From an uncultured Burkholderiales bacterium (GTDB lineage: Bacteria > Vulcanimicrobiota > Xenobia > Xenobiales > QWHO01): DNA of 61,389 nt. The notes beneath the pieces are model-generated. The model was not told where the DNA came from and did no database searches. It saw only the letters and a program-made list of their open reading frames with translations. The translations under genes were made by a program, and so were the position numbers. The stretch covers positions 1 to 61,389 of the forward strand of contig CAZWUN010000002.1 of assembly GCA_964637145.1 (NCBI GenBank), given 5' to 3'. Shown piece after piece: positions 1 through 10,431 of this stretch. Position 1 is the stretch's first letter. Each line of letters begins with the position of its first letter.

Positions 1-1129
1 GCAGGAGTGGAGCGAGATGTTCGCCCGCTATCGCCAGCAGTATCCCGACCTGGCCCGAGAGTATGACCAGTGGATGAGGCGCGAGTTGCCCGAGGGCTGG
101 GACAAGGGCCTGCCCGAGTTTCCGCCCGACCCCAAGGGGATGGCCACCCGCGAGTCCGGCGGGAAGGTGCTGACCGCCCTGGCCAAAGCCGTTCCCAACT
201 TGATCGGCGGCTCGGCTGATCTGGCGCCCTCCACCAAAACACTGATGGACAAGAGCGCCTTCCAGGCCGAGACTCCCTCGGGGCGCAATTTCCACTTTGG
301 CATCCGCGAGCACGCCATGGCCTCCATGATCAACGGAATGGTGGCTCACAAGGGCGTTTTCGCCTTCGGGGCCACCTTTTTCATCTTCTCCGACTATCTG
401 CGCCCGGCGCTGCGCCTGGCGGCTCTGTCCCACATCCCCAACATTCTGGTGTTCACCCACGACAGCATCGGGCTCGGCGAGGACGGCCCCACCCACCAGT
501 CCATCGAGCAGTTGCCAGCCCTGCGGGCCATGATCAACTGCAGCGTCATCCGTCCTTGCGATGCCAACGAGACGCGGGAAGCCTGGAAGGCAGCCATGCT
601 GCACCACACCGGACCGGTGCTGTTGGTGCTGAGTCGTCAGGCAGTGCCCACCCTGGATCGCACCAACCTTGGAGCCGCTGAAGAGCTGCACAAGGGAGCT
701 TACGTGCTGGCCGAGGCCGAGATCGCCTGGGGTGACGGCACCCAGCACGGCGAGCCGGAGCTCATCCTGGTGGCCTCCGGCACCGAGGTGGCGGTCTGCC
801 TGGAGGCCCGAAAGCTCCTGCAGGAGCAGGGCGTGCCCACCCGGGTGGTCAGCATGCCCTGCTGGGAGTTCTTCGAGCAGCAGCCTGAGGAATACAAAGA
901 GCACATCTTCCCGCCCAAGGTCAAGCCTCGGGTGGCCGTCGAGGCCGCCGCCGGGATGGGCTGGGAGCGCTGGATCGGGCGCCGGGGGGGCCAGGTTTGC
1001 ATGACCACCTACGGAGCCTCGGCGCCTTCCAAGACCAACATGGAAAAATTCGGGTTCACCGCCCAGAAGGTGGTCGACGAAGCGCTCTCCACCCGGGCTC
1101 GCTGGGGTATGTACGAGGATCCGCTCTAA
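1..1129 (+). CDS. tkt: transketolase, C-terminal portion (5' end lies outside the window)
   Basis: The frame of ORF 17..1129 stays open back to base 2. The translation carries transketolase motifs: GGSADLAPSTKT, FGIREHAM, THDSIGLGEDGPTHQ. Confidence 0.95.
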   Translation, partial: QEWSEMFARYRQQYPDLAREYDQWMRRELPEGWDKGLPEFPPDPKGMATRESGGKVLTALAKAVPNLIGGSADLAPSTKTLMDKSAFQAETPSGRNFHFGIREHAMASMINGMVAHKGVFAFGATFFIFSDYLRPALRLAALSHIPNILVFTHDSIGLGEDGPTHQSIEQLPALRAMINCSVIRPCDANETREAWKAAMLHHTGPVLLVLSRQAVPTLDRTNLGAAEELHKGAYVLAEAEIAWGDGTQHGEPELILVASGTEVAVCLEARKLLQEQGVPTRVVSMPCWEFFEQQPEEYKEHIFPPKVKPRVAVEAAAGMGWERWIGRRGGQVCMTTYGASAPSKTNMEKFGFTAQKVVDEALSTRARWGMYEDPL

Positions 1130-1146
1130 GAAAGGGGCTTAAGACG

Positions 1147-2283
1147 ATGGCAAATCCGCTGCAAGAACTGTTCGACAAAGGTGGCGTGAGCGTCTGGTAT
1201 GACTCGCTCAGTCGCGCCATGCTGCAATCTGGCTCGCTGCAGAAGATGATCGACGAGGACGGCCTGCGGGGCCAGACCTCCAACCCGACCATCTTCCAGG
1301 GCGCCATCAGCAAGGGGAAGGATTACGACCAGCAGAGTCTGGAGCTGGCCCGGCAGGGCAAGAGCACCGAAGAGATCGCCTGGGAGTTGATGATCAGCGA
1401 CGTTCAGGCTGCCTGCGACAAGTTCCGCCCCCTCTACGACAAGACCGCGGGCCAGGACGGCTTCGTCAGCCTCGAGTTGCACCCGGGTTATGCTCACGAG
1501 ACCGCCAAAAGCCTGGCTCAGGCTCGCGAGCTGCACGGGCGGGTGAACCGGCCCAACCTGATGATCAAGGTGCCCGGCACCAAAGAGGGGCTGCCGGTGG
1601 CCGAGGCCCTGCTCTTCGAGGGGGTCAACGTCAACGTGACCTTGCTCTTTGCGGTCCAGCGCTACGACGAGGTGATGGAAAGCTACATCCGGGCTATCGA
1701 GAAGCGCGTGGCCGAGGGCAAGAGTGTGGATCGGATCGCTTCCGTGGCCAGCTTCTTCGTCAGCCGCGTGGACAGCGAAGCGGACAAGCGCCTGGACAAG
1801 TTGGCTCAGGAGAAGCCCGAGCTGGCGGGTCGCATCGCTCCGCTGCACGGCCAGATCGCGGTGGCCAACGCGCATCGCGCTTACGCCCACTTCCAGAAGT
1901 CCTTCAGCGGGCCCCGCTGGGAGAAGCTGGCGGCCGCGGGAGCGCGCGTGCAGCGTCCCCTGTGGGCGTCCACCTCGACCAAGAACAAGGCTTACTCCGA
2001 CACCCTGTACGTGCGCGAGCTGATCGGTCCCCATTGCGTGAACACGATGCCGCTCGAAACGGTGGATGCCTGGCGTGATCACGGGGTGGTCGAGACCACC
2101 TTGACGGTCGAGAACCTGAAGAAGTATGAGGCTGCCCTCGCCGAGCTTTCGGCCCTGGGGGTGGACCTGGATGACATCTGCCTCAACACCCTCGAGGTGG
2201 AGGGCGTGAAGAAGTTCGCCGACTCGTTCGCCGAACTGCTGGGGGCGGTGGAGAAGAACGTCCACCAGTTGCAGCACTCCTGA
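1147..2283 (+). CDS. tal: transaldolase (long form)
   Basis: ATG at 1147 inside ORF 997..2283. Motifs: [24 protein letters not shown]. Lies between tkt and zwf. Confidence 0.93.
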   Translation: MANPLQELFDKGGVSVWYDSLSRAMLQSGSLQKMIDEDGLRGQTSNPTIFQGAISKGKDYDQQSLELARQGKSTEEIAWELMISDVQAACDKFRPLYDKTAGQDGFVSLELHPGYAHETAKSLAQARELHGRVNRPNLMIKVPGTKEGLPVAEALLFEGVNVNVTLLFAVQRYDEVMESYIRAIEKRVAEGKSVDRIASVASFFVSRVDSEADKRLDKLAQEKPELAGRIAPLHGQIAVANAHRAYAHFQKSFSGPRWEKLAAAGARVQRPLWASTSTKNKAYSDTLYVRELIGPHCVNTMPLETVDAWRDHGVVETTLTVENLKKYEAALAELSALGVDLDDICLNTLEVEGVKKFADSFAELLGAVEKNVHQLQHS

Positions 2284-3803
2284 TGAGTCCCGCCATCCTG
2301 GACAATCCTCTGCGCGAAGGCCTGGAGCAGACGCGCGCCTCCGACCCCTGCGTCATGGTCATCTTCGGCGCCTCGGGTGACCTGACCAGTCGCAAGCTCG
2401 TGCCGGCCCTTTACGAGCTGGCCGAGTCCAACCTGTTGCCGGCCAACTTCGCGGTGGTGGGCGTCTCGCGCACCAAGCTGAGCGACGAGGACTTCCGCAA
2501 CCGGGTCACCCCTGATGGGGTGGCCTCGCATACCAACTGGCACAACCTGGTCAAGAACTTCTCGTACCTGGCCGGGGAATACGATCAGCCGGCCACCTAT
2601 CAGGGGCTCAAAGCACGCCTGGACGAGCTTGACGAGACTCTGGGCACCAGCGGCAATCGGTTGTTTTATCTGGCAGTGCCGCCTGAGGCCTTCTCGGTCA
2701 TCTCCGATCAACTGGGCGCGGCCGGGCTGAGCGAGCCAGGCAAGCCCAATGCCTGGGTGCGCCTGATCGTGGAGAAGCCCTTCGGCCACGATCTCGATTC
2801 AGCCCGCAAGCTGAACCACGAGCTGCAGCGGGTCTTCGACGAGAGCCAGATCTACCGCATCGACCACTACCTGGGCAAGGAAACGGTTCAGAACATCCTG
2901 ACCCTGCGCTTTGCCAACGGGATCTTCGAGCCGCTCTGGAACCGTCGCTACATCGACAACGTCCAGATCACCGCGGCCGAGACGCTGGGCGTGGGCGAGA
3001 GGGCCGGCTACTACAACCAGTCCGGGGCTCTGCGCGACATGCTGCAGAATCACCTGATGCAGATCCTGGCTCTGGTGGCCATGGAGTGCCCCATCTCCAA
3101 CGGCGCCGACGACATTCGCGACGAGAAGGGGAAGGTGTGTCGGGCTCTGCGCCACTACACCCCGCTGGAAGTGGATCACAATGCCGTGCGGGGCCAGTAC
3201 GGCCCGGGTTTCATCGACGGTCAGAAGGTGCCGGGCTTCTTCGAGGAGCCCAAGATTCCGGCTGACTCCCGCACCGAGACTTACGCCGCGGCCCGCATCT
3301 TCGTGGACAACTGGCGCTGGCACGACGTGCCCTTTTTCCTTCGCACGGGCAAGCGGCTGGCCCGCAAGATGACCGAGGTCGCCCTGACCTTCAAGAAGGT
3401 GCCCCATCGCATCTTCGACAACGGCAGCGGCGAGCTCGAGCCCAACGTGCTGCTCTTGCGCATCGATCCGGACGAAGGCATCTCGCTGCGCTTCGGCACC
3501 AAGATGCCCGGCCTGACGACCCAGATCCGCTGGGTCAACATGGACTTCCAGTACGGCACTTCGTTCGCCCGGCCCTCGCCGCTGGCATACGAGCGGCTGA
3601 TCCACGACTGTCTGGTGGGCGACCCCACCCTGTTCACCCGGGCCGACTCCATCGAGGCCTGCTGGGCGGCTTTCGACCCCATCCTGGCCCGCTGGTCCGA
3701 CCCCGCCTCGGGAGCGGTGCCTGCCTATGAAGCCGGGTCCAGCGGCCCACGCGAAGCGGAAACCTGGATGGAAGACCAGGGTCGCTTCTGGAGGAAGCTC
3801 TGA
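2283..3803 (+). CDS. zwf: glucose-6-phosphate 1-dehydrogenase
   Basis: Motifs: [11 protein letters not shown] (NADP site), [14 protein letters not shown]. Its ATG overlaps the tal TGA (TGATG). Confidence 0.95.
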   Translation: MSPAILDNPLREGLEQTRASDPCVMVIFGASGDLTSRKLVPALYELAESNLLPANFAVVGVSRTKLSDEDFRNRVTPDGVASHTNWHNLVKNFSYLAGEYDQPATYQGLKARLDELDETLGTSGNRLFYLAVPPEAFSVISDQLGAAGLSEPGKPNAWVRLIVEKPFGHDLDSARKLNHELQRVFDESQIYRIDHYLGKETVQNILTLRFANGIFEPLWNRRYIDNVQITAAETLGVGERAGYYNQSGALRDMLQNHLMQILALVAMECPISNGADDIRDEKGKVCRALRHYTPLEVDHNAVRGQYGPGFIDGQKVPGFFEEPKIPADSRTETYAAARIFVDNWRWHDVPFFLRTGKRLARKMTEVALTFKKVPHRIFDNGSGELEPNVLLLRIDPDEGISLRFGTKMPGLTTQIRWVNMDFQYGTSFARPSPLAYERLIHDCLVGDPTLFTRADSIEACWAAFDPILARWSDPASGAVPAYEAGSSGPREAETWMEDQGRFWRKL

Positions 3804-4978
3804 TGAAGCCGCAGGATGTGGCTCAGGCGCTGGTGGGCGAAGTGCATCCGGTGGACGTGAGCAAGACTCGCCAGGAGCTTTCGCGTCTGTGGGATGAGGC
3901 CATCATCCAGGGGGACCGCGACCGGATGCGCCTTTCCACTCTGAACCTGGTCACGGTGCTCACAGGCCCGGAAGAGCTTGCCGGCATCGGCGAGGACCTC
4001 AGGTCACTCTGCTCTCACTACCCGGCCCGGGTTTTCGCGGTCGTGCTCGACGCCGAGGCGACCGGCGAGATGGTCGGCTGGTACTCGGTCAACTGCAACG
4101 CCAATCAGGTTTATCAGGAGCAGCTGACGCTCTATCTTCCGGGCGAGACCGACCGGCAGCTGCCCAGCCTGCTGGCCCCGCTCTATCACGGCGACCAGCC
4201 GGTGTTCTTGTGGTGGCGGGGCAGGCCGGGCTTTGCTCATCCCCTCTGGGAGCGGCTGGCCGATCAGGCGGACCGCATCGTGGTGGACACGTCCCACGGG
4301 TCGGACCTGCTCTTGGAGCTCAACCGCCAGGTGCGCGATCCCTACCATCAAGAGCTGGCCTTCTCCGACCTGGAGTGGACCCGGCAGGCTCGCTGGCGCA
4401 ACCTGTTGGCAAGTCTTTACGACCGTTCCGGTTCCAGCGAGCATCTCAAGAAGGTGTCTCGGCTGGAGATCGGTTTCGTGCCCGGACCCGAGCGAGCCGA
4501 GTCGGCCCCCCTCTACATGGCGGGCTGGTTGGCCTCGCGGCTTGGCTGGTCGGTGGAGAAGCCGCTCACGGATGGGCAGGCCCTGTTCCGTTCCGGTGCC
4601 GGACGAGCCATCGAGTTCGTGCTCCAGAACGAGGAGGGGCCGGACGTGCTCCACAACCGCCTGCTCTACGTGCGTCTCGACGCCACTCCCGTCGGGTGTT
4701 GCTACGGAGTCTACCGCAAGCCCGAGAACCCGCGTGTCTACGTGTCACAGGTCTCGGGAGAGGAGACCGTGCACAACACCGTGATGCCGTCCGGCTTCGT
4801 GGCTACCAACACCCTTCTGCGCGGGGCCCCCAAGAGCGCCGAGAACGATGTTTTCATGCCTTTTGCCGAGCAGTTGAACCTGATCGCGGCCGAGCTCGAG
4901 GTTTTCACCCGGCAGTCTCTGTTCGAGCGTTCGCTGGCCTCAGCCGCCGAGATTCTGGGAGCCGGGGTAACCCGATGA
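3803..4978 (+). CDS. opcA: glucose-6-phosphate dehydrogenase assembly protein OpcA-like
   Basis: 391-aa ORF wedged between zwf and pgl, with start and stop overlaps on both sides. This is the position opcA occupies in tkt-tal-zwf-opcA-pgl operons. The call rests mainly on context. Confidence 0.7.
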   Translation: MKPQDVAQALVGEVHPVDVSKTRQELSRLWDEAIIQGDRDRMRLSTLNLVTVLTGPEELAGIGEDLRSLCSHYPARVFAVVLDAEATGEMVGWYSVNCNANQVYQEQLTLYLPGETDRQLPSLLAPLYHGDQPVFLWWRGRPGFAHPLWERLADQADRIVVDTSHGSDLLLELNRQVRDPYHQELAFSDLEWTRQARWRNLLASLYDRSGSSEHLKKVSRLEIGFVPGPERAESAPLYMAGWLASRLGWSVEKPLTDGQALFRSGAGRAIEFVLQNEEGPDVLHNRLLYVRLDATPVGCCYGVYRKPENPRVYVSQVSGEETVHNTVMPSGFVATNTLLRGAPKSAENDVFMPFAEQLNLIAAELEVFTRQSLFERSLASAAEILGAGVTR

Positions 4979-5670
4979 CACGCGACATCCAGGTGGTGCA
5001 GGATCTCGAAGCGGTGGCTCGGGGCGCCCTGACCCAGCTGCGCCGTCTGCTTGAGTCTTCACCGGAGGGCCCGTTTCGCATCGCGCTGTCGGGCGGCTCG
5101 ACGCCCCGGCGTCTGTATCAGCTGATGGCCGAAGCCTCCCTGCCCTGGGAGCGGATCCACCTGTTCTGGGGGGACGAGCGGTGCGTGCCCCCGGATCACA
5201 AGGACTCCAACTATCGCATGACCCGCGAGGCCATGCTCGACCGTCTCAAGCTGCCCGATACGCAGGTACACCGCTGGCGGGCCGAGCTCGACCCCGACGA
5301 GGCGGCGCGTCTTTACGACGCGACCTTGAAGACCGAGTTTGGCGCCGACTGGCCCCAATTCGACCTCATGTGGCTGGGGATGGGTGACGATGGCCATACG
5401 GCCAGCCTGTTCCCCGGCTCGCCCGCGCTCGAGCGCACCGATGTCGCGGCAGTGGCCAATTATGTTGAGAAGTTCGAATCTCACCGGCTGACGCTCACCT
5501 TTCCGGCCATCAACGCTTCCCGCCACGTGACCTTGCTGATCTCTGGCGCGGGGAAAGCCGAGGTCTTGCCGGAGGCGCTGCACAGCGACCACTATCCCGT
5601 GTCGCGCGTGCATGGCACAATGTCCACGCTGTTCTTGCTCGATCAGGCGGCTGCGGCCCAGCTGAGCTAG
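4975..5670 (+). CDS. pgl: 6-phosphogluconolactonase
   Basis: ATG at 4975 (ATGA overlap with the opcA stop) inside ORF 4210..5670. Motifs: LSGGSTP, LFWGDERCV, LGMGDDGHTASLFP. Confidence 0.9.
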   Translation: MTRDIQVVQDLEAVARGALTQLRRLLESSPEGPFRIALSGGSTPRRLYQLMAEASLPWERIHLFWGDERCVPPDHKDSNYRMTREAMLDRLKLPDTQVHRWRAELDPDEAARLYDATLKTEFGADWPQFDLMWLGMGDDGHTASLFPGSPALERTDVAAVANYVEKFESHRLTLTFPAINASRHVTLLISGAGKAEVLPEALHSDHYPVSRVHGTMSTLFLLDQAAAAQLS

Positions 5671-5681
5671 GCATGAAAAGA

Positions 5682-5701
5682 GCCGGCTCTTACGAGCCGG
5701 C
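5682..5701. terminator. 8-bp GC hairpin between convergent pgl and the XRE gene
   Basis: GCCGGCTC-ttac-GAGCCGGC. On the minus strand it is followed by TCTTTTC, so it fits the XRE gene better. Confidence 0.5.
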
Positions 5702-5733
5702 CCTTCTATGCTTTGCTACCCCGGGAGGTGAAC

Positions 5734-6171
5734 TCAGGCTTTGGCTTGCCGCGTCGGACGCACCGGCGCACGGCGTTTGGGCTTCTGATCGCGAATGGTC
5801 TTCACGTAAGCGTTCAGCATTTCGGCAACCTTCTTCTGTTCGCTGCCGGTCAGGTTGAATAGCTCTCGAATAGCATTGCGCAACTCTTTCTCGAGAACCT
5901 TCTCCGCTTTGAAGTTCTCCAGGCGCTCGAGGAGATCACGGACAGGAATCTTTTCAGGGGCGTAGCCTGCGACGAGCAGGGTGTGATCGACGTCGGACTG
6001 GATGGCCCGAGCAATTTCAAGGACTTTGTCTTTACGAGGCACGTAGCCGTCGCGTTCAATCAGAGTGACGTAGCTGGGATCAATTTTCGCAAGCTCGGCC
6101 AGCTTGCGGCGCGTGAGTTGACGGGCCTTTCTCTTATCTCTTACGTAGTTGGCCCACGCCTGGTTCCTCAT
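5734..6171 (-). CDS. XRE-family helix-turn-helix transcriptional regulator
   Basis: ATG at 6171 is preceded by AAGGAGG 12 nt upstream. The HTH segment is LTRRKLAELAKIDPSYVTLIERDG. Lys-rich, with visibly lower GC than its neighbours. Confidence 0.75.
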   Translation of the reverse strand: MRNQAWANYVRDKRKARQLTRRKLAELAKIDPSYVTLIERDGYVPRKDKVLEIARAIQSDVDHTLLVAGYAPEKIPVRDLLERLENFKAEKVLEKELRNAIRELFNLTGSEQKKVAEMLNAYVKTIRDQKPKRRAPVRPTRQAKA

Positions 6172-6586
6172 GGACGAGTGTGACCTCCTTAGGCAGGATC
6201 GGGCAGGTTGCTCAACTATGATAGCACAGCAAAGAATGAAATACAATCATCCTTGAAGAAAAGTTTACACCCCCCGACTTGCTGCTCAAATCCTCTGATA
6301 GTCTGGTTTTCCGGCTGATTGGTTGAAAGACTGTCGACCTCGCGGGGATGAATCGGATTCCGCACATACTTTCGTGGTTTTACGCGGTTCTAAGCACTTG
6401 CTCGGGGCCTGTACTCGAACAAGTGATCGAGAATGGATTTTCTCCATGGCAATACTTGTGGTACCGGTCCTGTCTTCGCTGAATTTCCAGGGCTGGAAGC
6501 GAGCGAGGGAGAAACATTCGACCACCGGCCCGGTCCAACCGGCCAACGGGGGAACAAACTCCCGCGGAAAGGAGCCTCCAACGCTC

Positions 6587-7420
6587 GTGCGCAAGTGCAT
6601 CCTGGCGAGTTTCTTGCTGGTTCTGGGGGTGCTCTCTCTCCCTGTCGAGAGTGCCGATATCGCCACCCCGGCGGCTGGAGTGGTGGCCATGTCGGGTCAG
6701 GTGCTGGTGACCCCGCCCGGAGGCCAGCAGCGGCGCTGCAATCCCGAGGAGGTTCTGGTCAGCGGTTGGAAGCTGGAAACGAAGGCGAACTCCAGCGCCG
6801 ACCTGCTGCTCTGGGACAAGAGCTCGATCCGCATCACACAGAACACCAGGATCACCATCGTGGACCTGAGCCAGACCGAGAAGGGCAATTTCATCCGACG
6901 TCTGGAGGTGTCGGTCGGTCGGGTCTGGGTCGACGCCCAGAAGGGCGGCCCACAGGACACTTTCGAGGTGAAAGGGCCCCAGGCCGTGGCGGCCGTGAAG
7001 GGCACCAGCTTTCTGGTCGACGCCGAGGCGCCCGCCGAGGGCACCGGCATCCAGGTCTTCGAGGGTGCGGTTCTCTGCAGCGGCGACGGGGTAGAGGATA
7101 CGGTCGAGCCCGGCGCCGAGTTCCTGGCTCCGGTGGGGGAGAAGCCCGTGGTGGCCTCCTTCAACCAGGATGAGTTCTTTCGCGACGACGACTGGGCCAG
7201 TCGCAACTGGAAGCTGCGTCAGGCTTTCGCCAGGTACATGGCGACCAGGCCCAAAGGTCCCGTGAATCTGCGCAAGATCGACCCGGCCGTCAAGCTCTGG
7301 ATGGCTCAGGAGATCAAGCGCCATCCGATCAGCTTCCGACGCAAGGTTCGGGCAAACTACCTGCGCCGCACCAACACGCTGCGCACTCCCGGCCCTCGCC
7401 CCGTCGGGCCGCGGCGCTGA
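6587..7420 (+). CDS. secreted FecR-domain protein
   Basis: GTG at 6587 after AAAGGAG, followed by a signal-like segment (ILASFLLVLGVLSLPVESA). The FecR-like pattern is G.VLV...L.SGWKLET..NSSADLLLWDKSSIRI plus VKGTSFLV. The upstream part of ORF 6323.. has poor codon bias. Confidence 0.65.
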   Translation: MRKCILASFLLVLGVLSLPVESADIATPAAGVVAMSGQVLVTPPGGQQRRCNPEEVLVSGWKLETKANSSADLLLWDKSSIRITQNTRITIVDLSQTEKGNFIRRLEVSVGRVWVDAQKGGPQDTFEVKGPQAVAAVKGTSFLVDAEAPAEGTGIQVFEGAVLCSGDGVEDTVEPGAEFLAPVGEKPVVASFNQDEFFRDDDWASRNWKLRQAFARYMATRPKGPVNLRKIDPAVKLWMAQEIKRHPISFRRKVRANYLRRTNTLRTPGPRPVGPRR

Positions 7421-7426
7421 CGGTCC

Positions 7427-9223
7427 GTGCGGGGGGTTTTCAGCCGCCAGACGCTCTTGCTGTTGGTTCTGGCGGCCGGCTCGCTGCTCTTGATCCAGGG
7501 GCCGCTGCACGGCCCGATTCAGGCCGCCGAGCTCTGGTTCTACGACCTGCGAGTGCGCGCCCAGCCCCCCCGCGAGCCTTCCTCCGAGATCGTGTATGTC
7601 GCCATGGACTCGCCCTCCGAGCAGGAGCTGGGAGCCATGCCCTGGGACCGCTCGGTGCATGCGCGCATGATCGAGCTTTTGACCAGGGCGGGGGCGAAGG
7701 TGATCGCTCTGGACGTCCTTTTCGCCGGCCGGCGCTCTCCCGAGGGAGACGCGGCCCTGCTCGAGGCCTGCCGACGCTCGGGCCGGGTGGTGGTGGCCGA
7801 GCAGTTCGAGGGGGACTGGCAGCCCATCCCGCTCCTGGAGGGATTGAAGCAGGTGGCCCGCACCGGCTCGGTCAGCGTCTCGTTCTCGCGCGACGAGCCG
7901 GTGCGATTCCTGCCGCTGGTAGGCGACCCGCGCGACGTGCGCAAGACGCTGACGATGTCGGTGGTCATTCTGGAGCAGGCCACGGGGGCGCAGTTCAGCC
8001 CCGAGAGCGGAGGGGAGACGGGCCAGTGGCTCAGCCGGACGGCCCGGCTCGGCTCGGAGGTCATCCCGCTGCTCAATATCGACGCCCGCTCTCGCAACGG
8101 GCTGGCTCTCAATCCGCCCGGCCTTCCCTTTGTCGAGAAGTCGTTCCACGAGGTGCTGAGCGGGAAGATCTCCCCGGAGGTCTTTCGAGACAAGATCGTG
8201 CTCATCGGAGCCAGGGACGATCCCAACGACCGCTTCGCCACCATCCGGGGCCCGGAGTTACCGGGGGTCCTGGCCGTTCACGCCACCGCGCTCGACACCG
8301 TGATCTCGAAAAAGTTCATCCGCCGGGTGCGCCTGGAGCTCTTTGGCATCCCCATCCACCCCTTCTCGCTGACCTGGGTAGTGGCCAGCCTCATCCTGGT
8401 CTGCGCCAGCTACCTGGGTCATCGCTACCACCCGCTGTGGGCTGTCGCTCTGGCGGTCGGTTTCACCTGTCTGATGGTGGGAGTGGCCTGGTGGGCCTTC
8501 AAAGCTCGCGGGGCGTGGCTCTTCATCACTCCCCTGGCGGTCAGCACCTGGTTCCCCCTGGCCGCCATCTTGCTCTACGACAGCATCTCCTCCCGGAGGG
8601 CTTTGCGGCGCTTCCTGCCCAGCCACACGAACCTCGAGGAGATCATCCGGCGACCCGAGGCCCTCGAGCGCCAGCACACCCAGGAAGCCACCATCATGTT
8701 CGTGGATCTGCGCGACTACACCACCCTCTCCGAGGGGCGAGACCCGGACGAGGTGCGCCGCCTGGTCTCCCAGTTTCACACCGCGCTGGGCCTGCTGGTG
8801 CAAAAGCACGGCGGCCACGTGTGCGACTTTCAGGGCGACGCCCAGATGGTGGCCTTCGGCCTGAACGGGGGCCAGCACGCCCGGGCGGCCCTCAACGCCG
8901 CCCGTGAGGTGCCCGCCCGCACCAGGGCTCTCAACGAGGCCATGGGGGCCGAGCTTTTCCGGGCCGGGGTGGGACTGTGCACCGGTCCGGTCTCGGTGGG
9001 CTACCTGCAGGCCGGCGGCAAGACCCAGCACACCGTGCTCGGCGATACCACCAACACCGCCGCCCGTCTCCAGTCGGCCGCTCGCGATCTGGGCGTGATC
9101 ACGGTGGTGAGTGCAACCACCGTCCAGAGCGCCGGTATGGCCGATGACCTGCGCGAGCTGCCTCCCGTCCCCTTGAAGGGGAAAGCCGAGCCCCACGCCG
9201 TTTTCGAACTGGTCTACGAGTGA
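7427..9223 (+). CDS. CHASE2 sensor-containing class III adenylate/guanylate cyclase
   Basis: N-terminal TM segment, then a periplasmic CHASE2-like region and a TM block. The cyclase core has ATIMFVDLRDYT, FQGDAQMVAFG and HTVLGDTTNTAARLQ. Confidence 0.85.
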   Translation: MRGVFSRQTLLLLVLAAGSLLLIQGPLHGPIQAAELWFYDLRVRAQPPREPSSEIVYVAMDSPSEQELGAMPWDRSVHARMIELLTRAGAKVIALDVLFAGRRSPEGDAALLEACRRSGRVVVAEQFEGDWQPIPLLEGLKQVARTGSVSVSFSRDEPVRFLPLVGDPRDVRKTLTMSVVILEQATGAQFSPESGGETGQWLSRTARLGSEVIPLLNIDARSRNGLALNPPGLPFVEKSFHEVLSGKISPEVFRDKIVLIGARDDPNDRFATIRGPELPGVLAVHATALDTVISKKFIRRVRLELFGIPIHPFSLTWVVASLILVCASYLGHRYHPLWAVALAVGFTCLMVGVAWWAFKARGAWLFITPLAVSTWFPLAAILLYDSISSRRALRRFLPSHTNLEEIIRRPEALERQHTQEATIMFVDLRDYTTLSEGRDPDEVRRLVSQFHTALGLLVQKHGGHVCDFQGDAQMVAFGLNGGQHARAALNAAREVPARTRALNEAMGAELFRAGVGLCTGPVSVGYLQAGGKTQHTVLGDTTNTAARLQSAARDLGVITVVSATTVQSAGMADDLRELPPVPLKGKAEPHAVFELVYE

Positions 9224-10431
9224 AGCGGTTCCTGCTGCTGGTTCTGCTGCTGGCGCTGGAAGCCTGGCCCCAGCTGCCCACCGTCAGCTACCTGGCCGTG
9301 CGCACCCGCGATGGTGCGGTGCTGGCCGAGCAAGACAGCGACCGGCTGCTGGTGCCCGCCTCCTCGCTCAAGCTGCTCACCGCCGTGCGGGCTCTGGGGA
9401 TGGAGCCTTTCCAGACCACCGTCTGGGCCTCCGAGCCAGTGCGCGACGGCGTTTTGCGCGGCTCGCTCATCTTGAAGGGGGGCGGCGATCCCACCCTCAC
9501 TCGCCAGAACCTGGCCCAACTGGCCCGAGCTCTGCACCGACAGGGTCTGCGCCGGGTGCAGGGCCCGCTGGAGGTGGACGCGGGTCCGGACCTGGGCCTG
9601 CCCTACGGCCCCGGCTGGGCCTGGGAGGATGCGAGCGAGCCCTTTCAGCCATTGATTTGCGGCCTGACCGTGGATGGCGGCCTCGTTCGCCTGGAAGAGG
9701 CCGAACTGGCCGGCCTCGCCATCGAGCGCGAGCCGGGCGAAGACCTCACCGTCCTGCGTCTGCCCGGTCGCCCGGCAACCCTGGTGAGAGGTTCGGCTCC
9801 CCCCGATCTCGAGCTGACGGTCGTGGAGCCTGACCTGTGGGCCGGAAAGCTCTTACGAAGCGCCCTGCAGGAGTGTGGAATCGAGGTGGGACCGGTGCAG
9901 CGCGGTCGGGCTCGAGGTGAGAAACTGGCAACCCACCGCTCGGCGCCCGTGCGCGAGATCCTCCGAACGGCTCTGGCCACCAGCGATAACCTGGTCTTCG
10001 AGATGCTCCACCGCCAGCTGCCCGCGGCCGAAGTGCCGGGCCGGGTGGTGGATGGCTGCGGGCTCTCGCGTTACAACCTGGTGACCGCCCGAACCCTGGT
10101 GGAGGCCCTGCGTCGCAACCGGGAGCTGGGACAGCTGCTGCCTCGTCCGGGCGAGCCGGGGACCCTGGAAAGGCGCTTTGCCGATTCGCCCATCAAGGCC
10201 GTGGTCCGCGCCAAGACGGGCACGCTGGGGGGCGTCTCGGCCCTGGCCGGGGTGCTCTATCCCGGCCAGGAGAACGAAGTCTGCTTCGCGCTCCTGACCA
10301 ACGGCAGCCTGGACCTCAAAGCCACCAAAGTCTGGGAGGAGCAGTTCCTGGAAACGCTGGCCTACCAGCGCGGATCCTCGGCCAGGATGCGGGTGGCCCC
10401 TTCCGCGTCCAGGGGAGGCGAGAACAGATAG
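9220..10431 (+). CDS. dacB: D-alanyl-D-alanine carboxypeptidase/endopeptidase (PBP4, peptidase S13 family)
   Basis: GTG start overlaps the cyclase stop (GTGA). Active-site motifs: SSLK (SxxK), SDN, KTGT. Confidence 0.8.
   Translation: MKRFLLLVLLLALEAWPQLPTVSYLAVRTRDGAVLAEQDSDRLLVPASSLKLLTAVRALGMEPFQTTVWASEPVRDGVLRGSLILKGGGDPTLTRQNLAQLARALHRQGLRRVQGPLEVDAGPDLGLPYGPGWAWEDASEPFQPLICGLTVDGGLVRLEEAELAGLAIEREPGEDLTVLRLPGRPATLVRGSAPPDLELTVVEPDLWAGKLLRSALQECGIEVGPVQRGRARGEKLATHRSAPVREILRTALATSDNLVFEMLHRQLPAAEVPGRVVDGCGLSRYNLVTARTLVEALRRNRELGQLLPRPGEPGTLERRFADSPIKAVVRAKTGTLGGVSALAGVLYPGQENEVCFALLTNGSLDLKATKVWEEQFLETLAYQRGSSARMRVAPSASRGGENR

Noticed and set aside
6172-6586. Riboswitch, for example a c-di-GMP class, in the long 5' spacer of the FecR-cyclase operon
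   Set aside because: I could not find the conserved GEMM-type elements or any other recognisable riboswitch core by eye. Only a covariance-model scan could settle this.
6380-8149. 589-aa minus-strand ORF
   Set aside because: It is antisense to the FecR-domain and cyclase genes, with an Arg/Gly/Leu-rich junk translation.
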